Source: an uncultured Acidobacteriota bacterium (GTDB lineage: Bacteria; Acidobacteriota; JAAYUB01). From it: 64,000 bases of DNA. Both the position numbers and the translations under genes were made by a program. This document shows, piece by piece, positions 9,362-19,067 of this stretch. The notes under the pieces are model-generated. The model saw only the letters and a list, made by a program, of their open reading frames with translations, was not told where the DNA came from and made no database searches. The DNA is taken from the NCBI GenBank assembly GCA_964412195.1, contig CAYPNP010000010.1, positions 34,166-98,165 of the forward strand. The letters are read 5' to 3'. Within the stretch, counting starts at the first letter, position 1. Every line of letters starts with the position of its first letter.

Positions 9362-10807
9362 ATGTCCATCGCCAAAGACGCATTCAGGGGCGCCTCCTGG
9401 CTGGCGGTATCCGACGCCGGAAGCCGGGTTTTCTCCTGGCTGGTCACCATCCTGGTGGCGCGGATCCTGGTGCCGGCCGACTACGGCCTGATGTCGCTGG
9501 CCACGATCTTCACGGCCTACACCGAGATTTTCAGCGAGCTGGGCCTCGGCGCCGCCATCATCCAGCGCCCGAATCCCACGCGGAACGCGTTGTCCTCCGT
9601 CTTCTGGTTCAGCCTGGGCATCAGCATATGTTTCGCGCTGGCCTGTTTCCCGATCGCCGAACTGACCGCCTACCTCTTCCATGAGGCCCGGGTGATCCCC
9701 CTCACCCGCGCCGTCTCCGCTCTCTTCATCATCAACGGTCTCCAGATCGTCCCCGCCAACCTGCTCCGCAAGGAGCTGGACTTCAAGAAGGTCAGCATCA
9801 TCAATTTCACGTCCGTGGTGGCCTCCTGCGGTTTCATGCTGCTGCTCGCCAACCTGGGCGCCGGGGTCTGGACGCTGCTGGGCGGCCACCTGTTCCGCAG
9901 CACGATCAAACTGGTCATGACCTACGCGTTCGCCCGCTGGATGCCGTCCTTCCGGTTTGACGCGTCGACGGCGCGCTCGTACCTGAGCTTCGGATTCACC
10001 GTTTCCATGGCCCGTTCCCTCACCTACCTCTACCAGAATTCGGACCGCTTTTTCGCCGGGCGCTTCTGGGCCCCGCCCATGGTCGGGCTGTACAGCTTCG
10101 CGCTGAACCTGGCGCAGCTGCCGACCGAAAAAATCACGGTCATCATCAACCAGGTCTCCTTCCCGGCGTTCTCCAAGCTGCAGAACGACCCGGTCGAGTT
10201 CAACCGGTTCTACCTGCACGCCCTGCGCGTGACGGCCACCCTGGTGCTGCCCCTCTTCGTCTGCGGATTCCTCCTGGCCGGCGACCTGATTCCCGTCCTC
10301 CTGGGCGACAAGTGGCTGCCGATGATCCCGGTGTTCCGCTTCCTCTGCCTGACCCAGATCGTCACGTCCATCAACGCCATCAACGATTTCGTGCACAACG
10401 CGCAGAACCGTCCCCGCTGGTTCCTGGTGAACTCCCTGGGCCTGGCGATATTCATGCCGCTGTCCTTTTACTTCGCCGCCCAGCGCGGGCTGTACGCCAT
10501 GCCGATTCCCTGGTCCACGACGTACGTGGTTCTCTGCGCCATCTGGATCCTGGTGACGCTGCGGAAGCTGGGGATCCCGGTGCGCCTCTACGGCGCCAAC
10601 CTGGTTCAGGCGGTCCTGGCGACGGTGGCGATGGCGGCCGCCGTGCTGGTCGTCCGGACCGGATGGGGCATGCTGCCGGACGGCTGGACGCCGCGCTTCC
10701 TGTCGCTCGGGATCCAGATCCTGACCGCCGGCGCGAGTTACTTGACCTGGCTCTGGATCTTCGACCGGCAGCTATTCCACGAATTCCGGAGGTTGCGCGC
10801 CGCATGA
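9362..10807 (+). CDS. Wzx-like polysaccharide flippase (MOP/PST family)
   Basis: 481 aa with about 12-14 TM helices. The N-terminus resembles polysaccharide biosynthesis (Polysacc_synt) proteins. Confidence 0.7.
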   Translation: MSIAKDAFRGASWLAVSDAGSRVFSWLVTILVARILVPADYGLMSLATIFTAYTEIFSELGLGAAIIQRPNPTRNALSSVFWFSLGISICFALACFPIAELTAYLFHEARVIPLTRAVSALFIINGLQIVPANLLRKELDFKKVSIINFTSVVASCGFMLLLANLGAGVWTLLGGHLFRSTIKLVMTYAFARWMPSFRFDASTARSYLSFGFTVSMARSLTYLYQNSDRFFAGRFWAPPMVGLYSFALNLAQLPTEKITVIINQVSFPAFSKLQNDPVEFNRFYLHALRVTATLVLPLFVCGFLLAGDLIPVLLGDKWLPMIPVFRFLCLTQIVTSINAINDFVHNAQNRPRWFLVNSLGLAIFMPLSFYFAAQRGLYAMPIPWSTTYVVLCAIWILVTLRKLGIPVRLYGANLVQAVLATVAMAAAVLVVRTGWGMLPDGWTPRFLSLGIQILTAGASYLTWLWIFDRQLFHEFRRLRAA

Positions 10808-12066
10808 AACCGAATCCTCCCGCCCCGGATCCCACCGCGGAAGGCCGCCGGCAGGCAGCGGCGGAGGTCCCCGCGGCGGCCCCGCCGGCCACCCCGGAAA
10901 CCGGCCGCCCCGCCGGCGCCTCGCCCGAAGCCGGGGCGGCGCCCCGGAGGCGGCTGCTGTTCATCCTGCCGGGAGTTCGGCCCAGCTCGAATCTGACGCG
11001 GTTCGAAGCCCTTTCCCGGCGTTTCGAGGGGGACATCCTCTCCTCCCGCACCTATTCCGAGCCGGTGGCCGATGGAGTGATGCTGGGACGCTTCCGCGTG
11101 CACATCTTCGGCAGCCGGATCCCCCTCCGTCATCTGGCCAGCCTGGTCTTCCTCCTGGACTGCCTCCGGTTCGGACTGCGGGCCCGGCGGGCCGGGGTCC
11201 ATTACGACCTTGTCCTCACCTACGATCCGCTGAAGACCGGCCTGTTCGGCGTGCTGACCTCACGTCTTCTGCGGACGCGGTTCGCGCCCGAGGTCAACGG
11301 CGTCTACACCTCCCCCGCCGGCTACCTGGACGAGCCCAGCCGCCTCAGGGCGGCGCTGAAGCGCGGCGTGTTCAGCCTACTGGAACGCTGGGTCCTGAAG
11401 CGGGCCGACGGAATCAAGACGCTGTTCCCGGAGCAGCTGGATCCGTTCCTGCCGGTGGTCCGGGGGAAGAAGATCCGTACCTTCCCGGCTTTCATCGACA
11501 TCCATCACTTCGACAACATCCAGGTCGAGGAGAGGCCGGAGATCCTGTTCATCGGTTTCCCCTTCAAGCTCAAGGGGGTGGACCTGTTGATCGACGCCTT
11601 CAAGCTCCTGGCGCCCCAATTCCCGGAGTGGCGCCTGAAGATCCTGGGCTGGTACCCCGATCCGCGCGAGATGGTGTCCCGGATCGGCGGGCACCCCCGC
11701 ATCCACCACCACCTGCCGGTGGCGCCCCACGAGGTGCCCGAACACATCGGCGGGTGCTCCATCTTCACACTCCCGTCCCGTACGGAAGCCATGGGCCGCG
11801 TCCTGGTGGAGAGCATGGCCGCCGGCAAGCCCCGCGTCGGCGCCCGCGTGGACGGCATCCCCACAGTGATCGAGGATGGCGTGGATGGCTTCCTCTTCAC
11901 CCCGGGCGATCACCTGGACTTGGCGGACAAGCTCCGCCGGCTGATGGCGGATCCGGCGCTGCGGCGCCGGATGGGGGAGGCCGGACGAAGGCGCGCCCAG
12001 GTCGAATTCACCCTGGAAAACTACATGAAGCACTTGGTGGGGTTCTATGACCACGTCCTGGAGTGA
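10804..12066 (+). CDS. Glycosyltransferase family 4
   Basis: ATG overlaps the previous stop (ATGA). C-terminal EAMGRVLVESMAAGKPRVGARVDGIPTVIEDGVDGFL GT4 motif. Pro/Ala-rich N-terminal low-complexity region. Confidence 0.75.
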   Translation: MKPNPPAPDPTAEGRRQAAAEVPAAAPPATPETGRPAGASPEAGAAPRRRLLFILPGVRPSSNLTRFEALSRRFEGDILSSRTYSEPVADGVMLGRFRVHIFGSRIPLRHLASLVFLLDCLRFGLRARRAGVHYDLVLTYDPLKTGLFGVLTSRLLRTRFAPEVNGVYTSPAGYLDEPSRLRAALKRGVFSLLERWVLKRADGIKTLFPEQLDPFLPVVRGKKIRTFPAFIDIHHFDNIQVEERPEILFIGFPFKLKGVDLLIDAFKLLAPQFPEWRLKILGWYPDPREMVSRIGGHPRIHHHLPVAPHEVPEHIGGCSIFTLPSRTEAMGRVLVESMAAGKPRVGARVDGIPTVIEDGVDGFLFTPGDHLDLADKLRRLMADPALRRRMGEAGRRRAQVEFTLENYMKHLVGFYDHVLE

Positions 12067-12124
12067 CATCGCGTCCCGCGGGAGCGGAACGGGGCCGGGG
12101 CGCCTTCAGCGTCCCGGCGAGCCG

Positions 12125-13480
12125 TCAGGACCCGGCCGCCGAGTCATCGCCCAGGCTGGACACGAAGTACCGGAATTTCCCCGAGGGATCGGGCGGGATC
12201 TCCGCCACCGGCTCGAGAAGGAGGTGCAGATCGGCGCCGAGGGCCTCCCGGAGGCGGCTCTCGATCCGCGCCAGGTCATCGTCCCGCAAGGGCCGGATGC
12301 CCTGGAGCAGGACGTGCAGCTCCTCCGGGCGCCGCTGGATGGCCCGGAAGCGCCACACCTCCTCGGTCATGGAATAGGCGATCGCAGTGCAGGAAACCCT
12401 CCGGCCACCGGCCAGGGCGAGCAAATCCGACTGGCGGCCGACCACCTCGTCCACCAAGGGGGTCGCCAGGCCGCATCCGCACAGCCGGTCCGAGGGGCGG
12501 GCCAGGTCTCCCGTGCGGTACCGGACAAAGGGCAGGGCGAGGGAATGCAGCTCGGTGACCACCACTTCGCCGAGCTCCCCCGGCGCCACCGGGCGGCCGG
12601 AGACCGGATCCAGGAACTCCACCACCAGGTTGTGGCTCATCAGATGCATTCCGCCCCGCGGGCATTCCATCGCGATGATGCCGTTCTCGGTGGTGCCGTA
12701 CTCGTTGACCACCGGGCACCCGAAGGCTTCCGCCAGCAGTCGGCGATGGTGGGGGAAGAGCACCTCCCCGGTCGTGATCACGACCCGCAGCCCCAGGGCG
12801 CCGGGATCCAGGCCCAGGATCCGGCAGGTCCGGACAAATTCCACGGTGGTGTTGACCAGCCCGTAGAGGAACACGGGCCGGAACCGCCTCAGTTTTTGAT
12901 GGAACCGGCGGCAGGATTCCTCCGACATCGCGAAGGAGACCAGCCGGACGCGGTTGAGCAGGCCGTCCTTGAGCCGGGTGAGCCACCTCTGCCGCGGATT
13001 GAGGGGAACGCCCCAGATGCGGCCCTGCCGATCCCCGGTGCCGATGCCGTGCCACGCGTAGGCCTCCTGCATGACGGCTTCCATGTAGGCGGACGCCGGG
13101 CGGTCTTTCACGAACCGGAGGGGGAGCCCGGTCGAACCGGACGTTTTCCGGATCGAAGTCCGGAGGCGGGCCCGGGAGAGCATGTCCGCCTGCCGCAGCT
13201 TGACCGCCTCCTTGGTGAGGATCGGCAACCGCCGCCAATGTTCCAGATCCTGGAACATGCCGGGACCGACGCCGTTCTCCTCCATCAGCCCGCGGTAATG
13301 GGCGTTATGTTCCCACAGAAACCGGAGCAGGCGGACCAGTTTCTGCTGCTGGGCCTCCCGCATTCCGCCGCCATCGAGGCGGTGGAACGCCCGGACCTCC
13401 GCCCGGCACCGGCCGACCGGTTCGCCCCGCCAGGCCGTGGCCGGCCGGTAGAAGAGGTTCCTCGCCACCCACGCGTGCAT
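12125..13480 (-). CDS. CapK/PaaK-family adenylate-forming enzyme (phenylacetate-CoA ligase-like, F390 synthetase family)
   Basis: TSGSTGLPLRF adenylation core motif. About 450 aa. EYGTTE and GDL motifs of the ANL superfamily. Confidence 0.75.
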   Translation of the reverse strand: MHAWVARNLFYRPATAWRGEPVGRCRAEVRAFHRLDGGGMREAQQQKLVRLLRFLWEHNAHYRGLMEENGVGPGMFQDLEHWRRLPILTKEAVKLRQADMLSRARLRTSIRKTSGSTGLPLRFVKDRPASAYMEAVMQEAYAWHGIGTGDRQGRIWGVPLNPRQRWLTRLKDGLLNRVRLVSFAMSEESCRRFHQKLRRFRPVFLYGLVNTTVEFVRTCRILGLDPGALGLRVVITTGEVLFPHHRRLLAEAFGCPVVNEYGTTENGIIAMECPRGGMHLMSHNLVVEFLDPVSGRPVAPGELGEVVVTELHSLALPFVRYRTGDLARPSDRLCGCGLATPLVDEVVGRQSDLLALAGGRRVSCTAIAYSMTEEVWRFRAIQRRPEELHVLLQGIRPLRDDDLARIESRLREALGADLHLLLEPVAEIPPDPSGKFRYFVSSLGDDSAAGS

Positions 13481-13483
13481 CGC

Positions 13484-14116
13484 TCAGGGCTCCCGGCCCA
13501 GGGCCACCGGGATTCTGGCGGGATAGAGGTCTTCCCCGCCGCGGATCGCCGGATTGTCATAATTCAGCTGCACCACCCGGCCCGGATTGCCGGCGGCCAG
13601 GCATTCATCGGGCAGGCTGCGGGAGAGCTGGCAGCCGGTGGCGATGGTGACCCGGTTGCCAATGACCGTCTTCCCGTACAGCACCGCCCCGGTGCCGATC
13701 CAGACGTCGTCGCCGATCACCGGCACCCCGTACCCCTCCGTCGACTGGCCCACCCCGATGGTGACGTTGTGATGCACGCTGCAGTTCCGCCCGATGACGG
13801 TCGGACCGATGTAGATGGTTCCCACATGGCCGATGAAGAATCCCGGGCCGATGGTCGCCTGGATATCCACATGGTGGACGATCCGGACCAGGAACTCCAT
13901 CACCCGGTGAAGCACCTTGACGGGGTAGAACACGATCCGTCTGCCGCCGCGCAGGCCCTTCAGCCAGTCTCCCAGGCGGTGCACCGCCACGCAATGCAGG
14001 CCGAAGTTGGTGAGCCAGAGGTTGCGCTTCTGCCGGAACGTCGGCGTCTCGGTGCGGTATTCGATGCGGTAGTACTTCCGGAGATCGGCGTGAAAAGGGC
14101 TTTCCGGTTGGGGCAT
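13484..14116 (-). CDS. Hexapeptide-repeat O-acetyltransferase (serine acetyltransferase-like, LbH fold)
   Basis: Repeated [LIV]-G-x-x-x-x hexapeptides (IGPGFFIGHVGTIYIGPTVIGRNCSVHHNVTIG...). 210 aa. Confidence 0.7.
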   Translation of the reverse strand: MPQPESPFHADLRKYYRIEYRTETPTFRQKRNLWLTNFGLHCVAVHRLGDWLKGLRGGRRIVFYPVKVLHRVMEFLVRIVHHVDIQATIGPGFFIGHVGTIYIGPTVIGRNCSVHHNVTIGVGQSTEGYGVPVIGDDVWIGTGAVLYGKTVIGNRVTIATGCQLSRSLPDECLAAGNPGRVVQLNYDNPAIRGGEDLYPARIPVALGREP

Positions 14117-14271
14117 GCGGACTCCTCTCTAAACCGGCCGGCTCCGCCGGCTCCGGTGGATCCGGGAGATCGGCCACCCCGGGTCCCTTGGGGAGGAACA
14201 ACCGCACCGAAACCGCGCGCACGGTTTCCGGGCGGTCATCGACTCCAATTCATTTTAGCAAGTAGGGTGCC

Positions 14272-15300
14272 ATGAACGCGAGCCTTCGATTCCGGGCCGG
14301 TTGCGCCGCGGTGCTTTTCCACAGCGGGGCCCTGCGCCTGCTGGAGGGTTCGCCCCGGCCCGGCGCCGCGTGGGTCCTGGGCTACCACCACGTCCTGGAC
14401 GCCGCGGAGGCCGCGGCCGGGGCGGTCCAACCGGGCATGTACGTCACACCGGAGACCTTCGATCGGCAGATGGAGTACGTGTCGGCCCGCTACGAGATGG
14501 TCCCGCTGAGCCGCCTGGCGGACGGCCCACCGGCGGGACGGGCCTGCGCGGTCACTTTCGATGACGGGTGGCAGGACAACTACCGGCACGCCTTCCCCAT
14601 CCTGAAGAGACGCCGCATCCCGGCCACCATCTTTCTCGCCACCGGACTGATCGGGACCCGCCGGCGGCTATGGCCGGAGCGGATCAGCCGGCTTGCCCGC
14701 CTGCCCGTGGAATCGGACAGTCCCTTCTGGTCGGCCCTCCTGCGGATGGCTCCCCCGCCCGCGACCGACCTGGTCCCGTTGCGAGGGATGCCGCCTTCGG
14801 ACCGCGCCGAGTTCCTCATCGCCCGGATCAAGCCCCTGCCTGCCTGCGCCATCGCCCGCCTGGAAGAAGCGCTGGATGCAATGGATCCACCGGATGGCTG
14901 CGGCGACCCGGCGGACCGCCCCTGGCTGGACTGGCGCGAGGTGCGGGAGATGTCGGCCGCCGGCGTGTCTTTCGGTGCCCATTCCCACACGCACACGATT
15001 CTGACCCGGTCCGATCCGGGTGCTGCGCGCCGGGAGATCGCCCTCTCGCGCGCCGCGCTGGAGCGGGAGACCGGCCAGCCGCCGGTCTGCTTCAGCTACC
15101 CGAACGGCGAACACGACGCGGCCGTCCGCGCCATGGTCGGGGAAAGCGGCTTCCGGATCGGCGTTACCACCCGGTCCGGCTCGGTCGTCCGGGGCGCCGA
15201 CCCGCTGGCGCTGCCCCGCATCCTGATCCACGAGGACATCAGCCGGACGCGGCCGCTCTTCGCCCTGCGGCTGGTCCTGGGGGGGAGGAATCCACGATGA
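14272..15300 (+). CDS. Polysaccharide deacetylase (NodB homology domain)
   Basis: TFDDGW motif plus conserved His residues of the NodB/CE4 domain. Size and context match the EPS-locus deacetylase subfamily. Confidence 0.75.
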   Translation: MNASLRFRAGCAAVLFHSGALRLLEGSPRPGAAWVLGYHHVLDAAEAAAGAVQPGMYVTPETFDRQMEYVSARYEMVPLSRLADGPPAGRACAVTFDDGWQDNYRHAFPILKRRRIPATIFLATGLIGTRRRLWPERISRLARLPVESDSPFWSALLRMAPPPATDLVPLRGMPPSDRAEFLIARIKPLPACAIARLEEALDAMDPPDGCGDPADRPWLDWREVREMSAAGVSFGAHSHTHTILTRSDPGAARREIALSRAALERETGQPPVCFSYPNGEHDAAVRAMVGESGFRIGVTTRSGSVVRGADPLALPRILIHEDISRTRPLFALRLVLGGRNPR

Positions 15301-16370
15301 GGCGCACCGGCGGCAGGGTCTGGATCGCCTGGGAGTGGCAGCGTCGCTCGGTGGAGCTGGCCCGGCACTTCGGGTGCGAATTCCACGCAATCGTCGTGGA
15401 AGGGCTGTTCCGCTACCCCATCTCGATTCTCCGGACCCTCCGCATCCTCGCCCGCCGGCCGCAGATCCTGTTCGTCCAGAATCCCTCCATGATCCTGGCG
15501 ACCCTGGCCTGCGCCTATGGCTGCATCACCCGGACGCCGGTGGTGGTGGACCGCCACTCCACGTTCCTCCTGGGGCGGCGGTACCGGAACACGCCGCGCA
15601 TCCTGCTCTTCAAGCTCCTGCACAGGTTCACCCTCCGGGCCGCCACGCTGACCCTCGTCACGAACGAGTTCCTGGCCGCCCGGGTGCGGGCGCTGGGCGG
15701 CCGCGCGTTCATCCTGCCGGACAAGCTGCCGGAGCTGCGGCCCACCCGTCCGCGGGCATGGCCCGGCGGCCGGCACCTGCTGATGATCTCCTCCTGCAGC
15801 CGCGACGAACCGATCCCGGAGGTGCTGGCGGCCATGGGAGAACTGTCGGCGGAGGAGATCCGCCTCCACATCAGCGGGAACCACCGGAAGCTGGACGAAT
15901 CGGTGCGGCGGGCCGCTCCGCCCAACGTGGAGTTCACCGGCTTCCTGCCGGAGCAGGAGTTCGTGGACCTTCTGTTGTCGGTCCGTGGGGTCCTGGCCCT
16001 GACCACCGCCAGGCATTGCTTGCTGTGCGGTTGCTACGAAGCGGTCGCCGCCGGGAAACCGCTCCTGACCTCGGCGTCCGACGAGTTGAGAGAGTACTTC
16101 GACGGGGCGCTGTGCGTCGAAAACACGTCCGCCGCGATCGCCGCCGGGATCCGGCGGATCGTGTCGGAAGAGGTTCACTGGACCCGCCAGGCCCTGGCCT
16201 CGCGGGAGCGCATCGCCGCCGCCTGGTCCCGGCGGTCGGCCTCCCTGGAGAGCTGGCTCCGGGCGGGCGCACTCCGCCCCGGTCCCGCGGCAGGACCGGC
16301 GGCGGACGGCCCGGGGACCGGGGATTTGGACGCGGTCCCCCCGCCGGTGCAGGAAAGGACCCACCGATGA
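15297..16370 (+). CDS. Glycosyltransferase-like protein (GT-B C-terminal half, family uncertain)
   Basis: ATGA overlap with the upstream gene. C-terminal CGCYEAVAAGKPLLTS is weakly reminiscent of the GT4 nucleotide-sugar-binding motif. Confidence 0.4.
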   Translation: MRRTGGRVWIAWEWQRRSVELARHFGCEFHAIVVEGLFRYPISILRTLRILARRPQILFVQNPSMILATLACAYGCITRTPVVVDRHSTFLLGRRYRNTPRILLFKLLHRFTLRAATLTLVTNEFLAARVRALGGRAFILPDKLPELRPTRPRAWPGGRHLLMISSCSRDEPIPEVLAAMGELSAEEIRLHISGNHRKLDESVRRAAPPNVEFTGFLPEQEFVDLLLSVRGVLALTTARHCLLCGCYEAVAAGKPLLTSASDELREYFDGALCVENTSAAIAAGIRRIVSEEVHWTRQALASRERIAAAWSRRSASLESWLRAGALRPGPAAGPAADGPGTGDLDAVPPPVQERTHR

Positions 16371-17500
16371 TCGAGGAGCTGTTCCTAAAACTGCAAACCG
16401 GGCTGAGGCAAACCCGCGTCGCCCTCACCCCGTACGCGAGGCGGGGATTGCGGCTGCTCGCGCTTCCGCTTTGCTGCCTGAAGCTGGCGGGCTCGGAAGA
16501 ATGCCGCGTCTCCAGGGCGCGCGCGCTCCTGGACATGCTCTACATCTTCTTCCGTCTGAAGTACCTGCCGGAGAACTATGTGGCCTGCCGCATGTGGGAA
16601 TGGGACCGCCGCGACTGGCCGCTGTTCTACGGATCCATCTACGACAGTTACCAGCGGGGCCGCTTGCGGCGGGAGGTCCAGCCCGAAGAGTACAAGATCC
16701 TGTTCGACGACAAGCATCTCTGCCAGGTGCTCTGCGCGGCGGCCGGGTTGCCGGTGCCCCGCCTGATCGGCCGGGCGGATTCGGATGAGGAGCTGCGGCA
16801 GCTGGTGCAGTCGGCTCTCGCGGCCGAGCCGGACCTGCGGCTGATTCTCAAGCCGCTGATCGGCAGCGGGGGGAAGGGCGTCGCCGTCGCCCGGCGGCAG
16901 GAGGGGCGCATCCTGGTCCGGCGCAGGCAGGAGACGGTCCCGCTCGAGGTGTTTCGCATGGGGGACAAGACCGTCGTGCAGGAGTTCCTGACCCAGCACC
17001 CGGACCTTTCCAGCCTCTTCCCCCATTCCCTCAACACCGTCCGCATCCTCACCCTGATGTGCCGGGACCGGAGGATCCTCCGGCTGGGCGGATACGTGCG
17101 GTGCGGGCTGGGCGACGCGTACGTGGACAACGTCTCCCAAGGCGGCGTTTCCATCGGCATCGAGGAGTCGACCGGCCGGCTGGTGCGCCTCGGCATCGAC
17201 GGCCGCGCCCGGAAGTACGCCGCCCATCCCACCACCGGCCAGGTCTTCTCGGGGTTTCCCATCCCGCTCTGGGACCAGGTGAAGGAGCTCGCCGAGCGGA
17301 CGCAGCAGGCGTTCCCCTGCTATCGCTTCCTTGGCATGGACATCGGCGTGACCCCGGGGGGGCCGGTGGTGGTGGAAATCAACGCCTCCCCCGACACCAT
17401 CGGGCTGGAGCAGTGCTGCGGTCCGATCCTGGCCAACGAGGAAGTGCGGCGGGAATTCCGGCGGTACGGCCTGCTGGTCAACCGCCTGTGCCCCCCGTGA
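16367..17500 (+). CDS. ATP-grasp domain protein (sugar-transfer-associated ATP-grasp type)
   Basis: ATGA overlap with the upstream gene. A LKPLIGSGGKGV glycine-rich loop and a VVVEINASPD Mg/ATP-binding region typical of the ATP-grasp fold. Confidence 0.5.
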   Translation: MIEELFLKLQTGLRQTRVALTPYARRGLRLLALPLCCLKLAGSEECRVSRARALLDMLYIFFRLKYLPENYVACRMWEWDRRDWPLFYGSIYDSYQRGRLRREVQPEEYKILFDDKHLCQVLCAAAGLPVPRLIGRADSDEELRQLVQSALAAEPDLRLILKPLIGSGGKGVAVARRQEGRILVRRRQETVPLEVFRMGDKTVVQEFLTQHPDLSSLFPHSLNTVRILTLMCRDRRILRLGGYVRCGLGDAYVDNVSQGGVSIGIEESTGRLVRLGIDGRARKYAAHPTTGQVFSGFPIPLWDQVKELAERTQQAFPCYRFLGMDIGVTPGGPVVVEINASPDTIGLEQCCGPILANEEVRREFRRYGLLVNRLCPP

Positions 17501-19067
17501 GGCGCGCCGGCGCCTCCGCCGGCGGAACGGGGAGTCCCTCCGAAATCTCGCCGGGCTTGTCCAGCTCGTACAGGGTGAATTTCCCGTGGCGGCTGATTTC
17601 CCGCCCGTGCTGCCGGATGATGGAGTGGGCCCGATCGTTTTCTCCGGCCTGGACGACATAGCAGTAATCGGCGCGGAGCCGGTTCCAATCCAAAGAATCC
17701 CAGCTTCTCACCGACCAGAATTCGTCGGGTTCGTAGACGGGGCGGGTCTGGATGAAGTGCCCGAGGTACTGGCCCGCCCAGTTGCCGCAGAAGAGGTTGT
17801 TGGTGCGGCCGCCGGTCCGGATCGCGTACCAGTGGATGTAGTGGCGGAACGGGTCGAGGCGCCCCATCGAAGGCTCCACGACCAGCGCGACGACCGGTTT
17901 CCCCCCCGGGGGGATGTCCGCCAGGAGGGCGTCGTAATCCGCCAGCTCCCGGTCGATGGCCCGGGCGTATCCCAGCACGACGAGGGCGTGGACCAGGCAG
18001 ACCGCCCAGGGGACCCACAGCCAGCGCCGGGCCTGCGCCGCGAGGGTGCCGGCGCCGGGCAGGCAGAAGACCAGGATGTAGGCCGGCACCAGGAGGCGCA
18101 TATCCACGTCGTATCCTCCCAGGAAGCGGACCGGCAGCGCGAAGTAGACCAGCATCAGGACGCCGCACGAGAGAGCGAAGAGGTTGAAGCGGAGCGCCCG
18201 CCGCATGGCGATCAGGAACGCGCCGAGGCAGGCCAGGTAGCCGGCGGTCATCACCACCGCCTGCAGCGGACCGAAGGTGTAGAAGGGGGATGCCAGGTGG
18301 GTCAGTTTTTTCCACAGCGGCAGGTAGAGCACCTGCTCGAGAAATGGCGGGATATAGACCGACGGCGCCGCCAGGCGCGCCACCCACCACAGCGTGACGA
18401 TGCCCACCGTGACGCCGAGGGGAATGGCGGCCCTCGCGAGCCAGGGGCCGCGCCGGAGAAGGCTGCCGGTGCCCTCCCGGGCGAATTTCACCGCCGCCAT
18501 CCCCCAATCGAGCCAGATCACCACCAGGACGACCACAGCGGCCGCCAGGTGCACCAGGTAGACGCCGCCGGCCAGGACGGCCGCGACGGTCACGGCATGC
18601 CACTCCCGCTTCTCCCGGCGGGGCCACCACCACGCCAGCCACATCAGGGCCAGGCCGATGCCCAGCGAGTAGTGGATGAAGCCGAAGAGGTAGCACCAGT
18701 GGAATCCGAGCAGCACCCCGACCAGCGCCCAGCCGCGGCTGTCCGGGTTCACCGCGCGCAGCAGCAGCCAGGCGCCCATCGGCAGGGCGGCCATGCACAG
18801 CACCGCGATGATGCGCATGGCGACCGCGGTCGGGAAGAAGTGCTCCGCGGCGACGCCGACGAAATCCAGGCCGATGTAGGCGGTGGGAATGAGATCCACG
18901 CGCAGGTACGCCGGCGGCTGGCCGAACCAGTACTGGTCCATCAGCCGGAAACGCGCCAGGTGATTCACCATGTCGGCGAACGGGAACTGCCGGCCCGTCA
19001 GGATGACGCAGACATTGGCGAACAGTGCCGAAAAGAAGAGCCAGTCGGGATTGAGGTTCCGCTTCAC
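17478..19067 (-). CDS. Polytopic integral membrane protein of unknown function (EPS-locus)
   Basis: About 11 hydrophobic helices in the first 400 aa, then a roughly 130-aa soluble C-terminal domain. No recognisable catalytic motif. Confidence 0.45.
   Translation of the reverse strand: MKRNLNPDWLFFSALFANVCVILTGRQFPFADMVNHLARFRLMDQYWFGQPPAYLRVDLIPTAYIGLDFVGVAAEHFFPTAVAMRIIAVLCMAALPMGAWLLLRAVNPDSRGWALVGVLLGFHWCYLFGFIHYSLGIGLALMWLAWWWPRREKREWHAVTVAAVLAGGVYLVHLAAAVVVLVVIWLDWGMAAVKFAREGTGSLLRRGPWLARAAIPLGVTVGIVTLWWVARLAAPSVYIPPFLEQVLYLPLWKKLTHLASPFYTFGPLQAVVMTAGYLACLGAFLIAMRRALRFNLFALSCGVLMLVYFALPVRFLGGYDVDMRLLVPAYILVFCLPGAGTLAAQARRWLWVPWAVCLVHALVVLGYARAIDRELADYDALLADIPPGGKPVVALVVEPSMGRLDPFRHYIHWYAIRTGGRTNNLFCGNWAGQYLGHFIQTRPVYEPDEFWSVRSWDSLDWNRLRADYCYVVQAGENDRAHSIIRQHGREISRHGKFTLYELDKPGEISEGLPVPPAEAPARLTGGTGG

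Noticed and set aside
17478-19067. The large membrane protein as the exosortase (XrtA/EpsH) of the EPS locus
   Set aside because: There is no recognisable exosortase Cys/Arg/His catalytic pattern or EpsI-type C-terminal domain by eye. No PEP-CTERM substrate is in the window. It is left as a membrane protein of unknown function.
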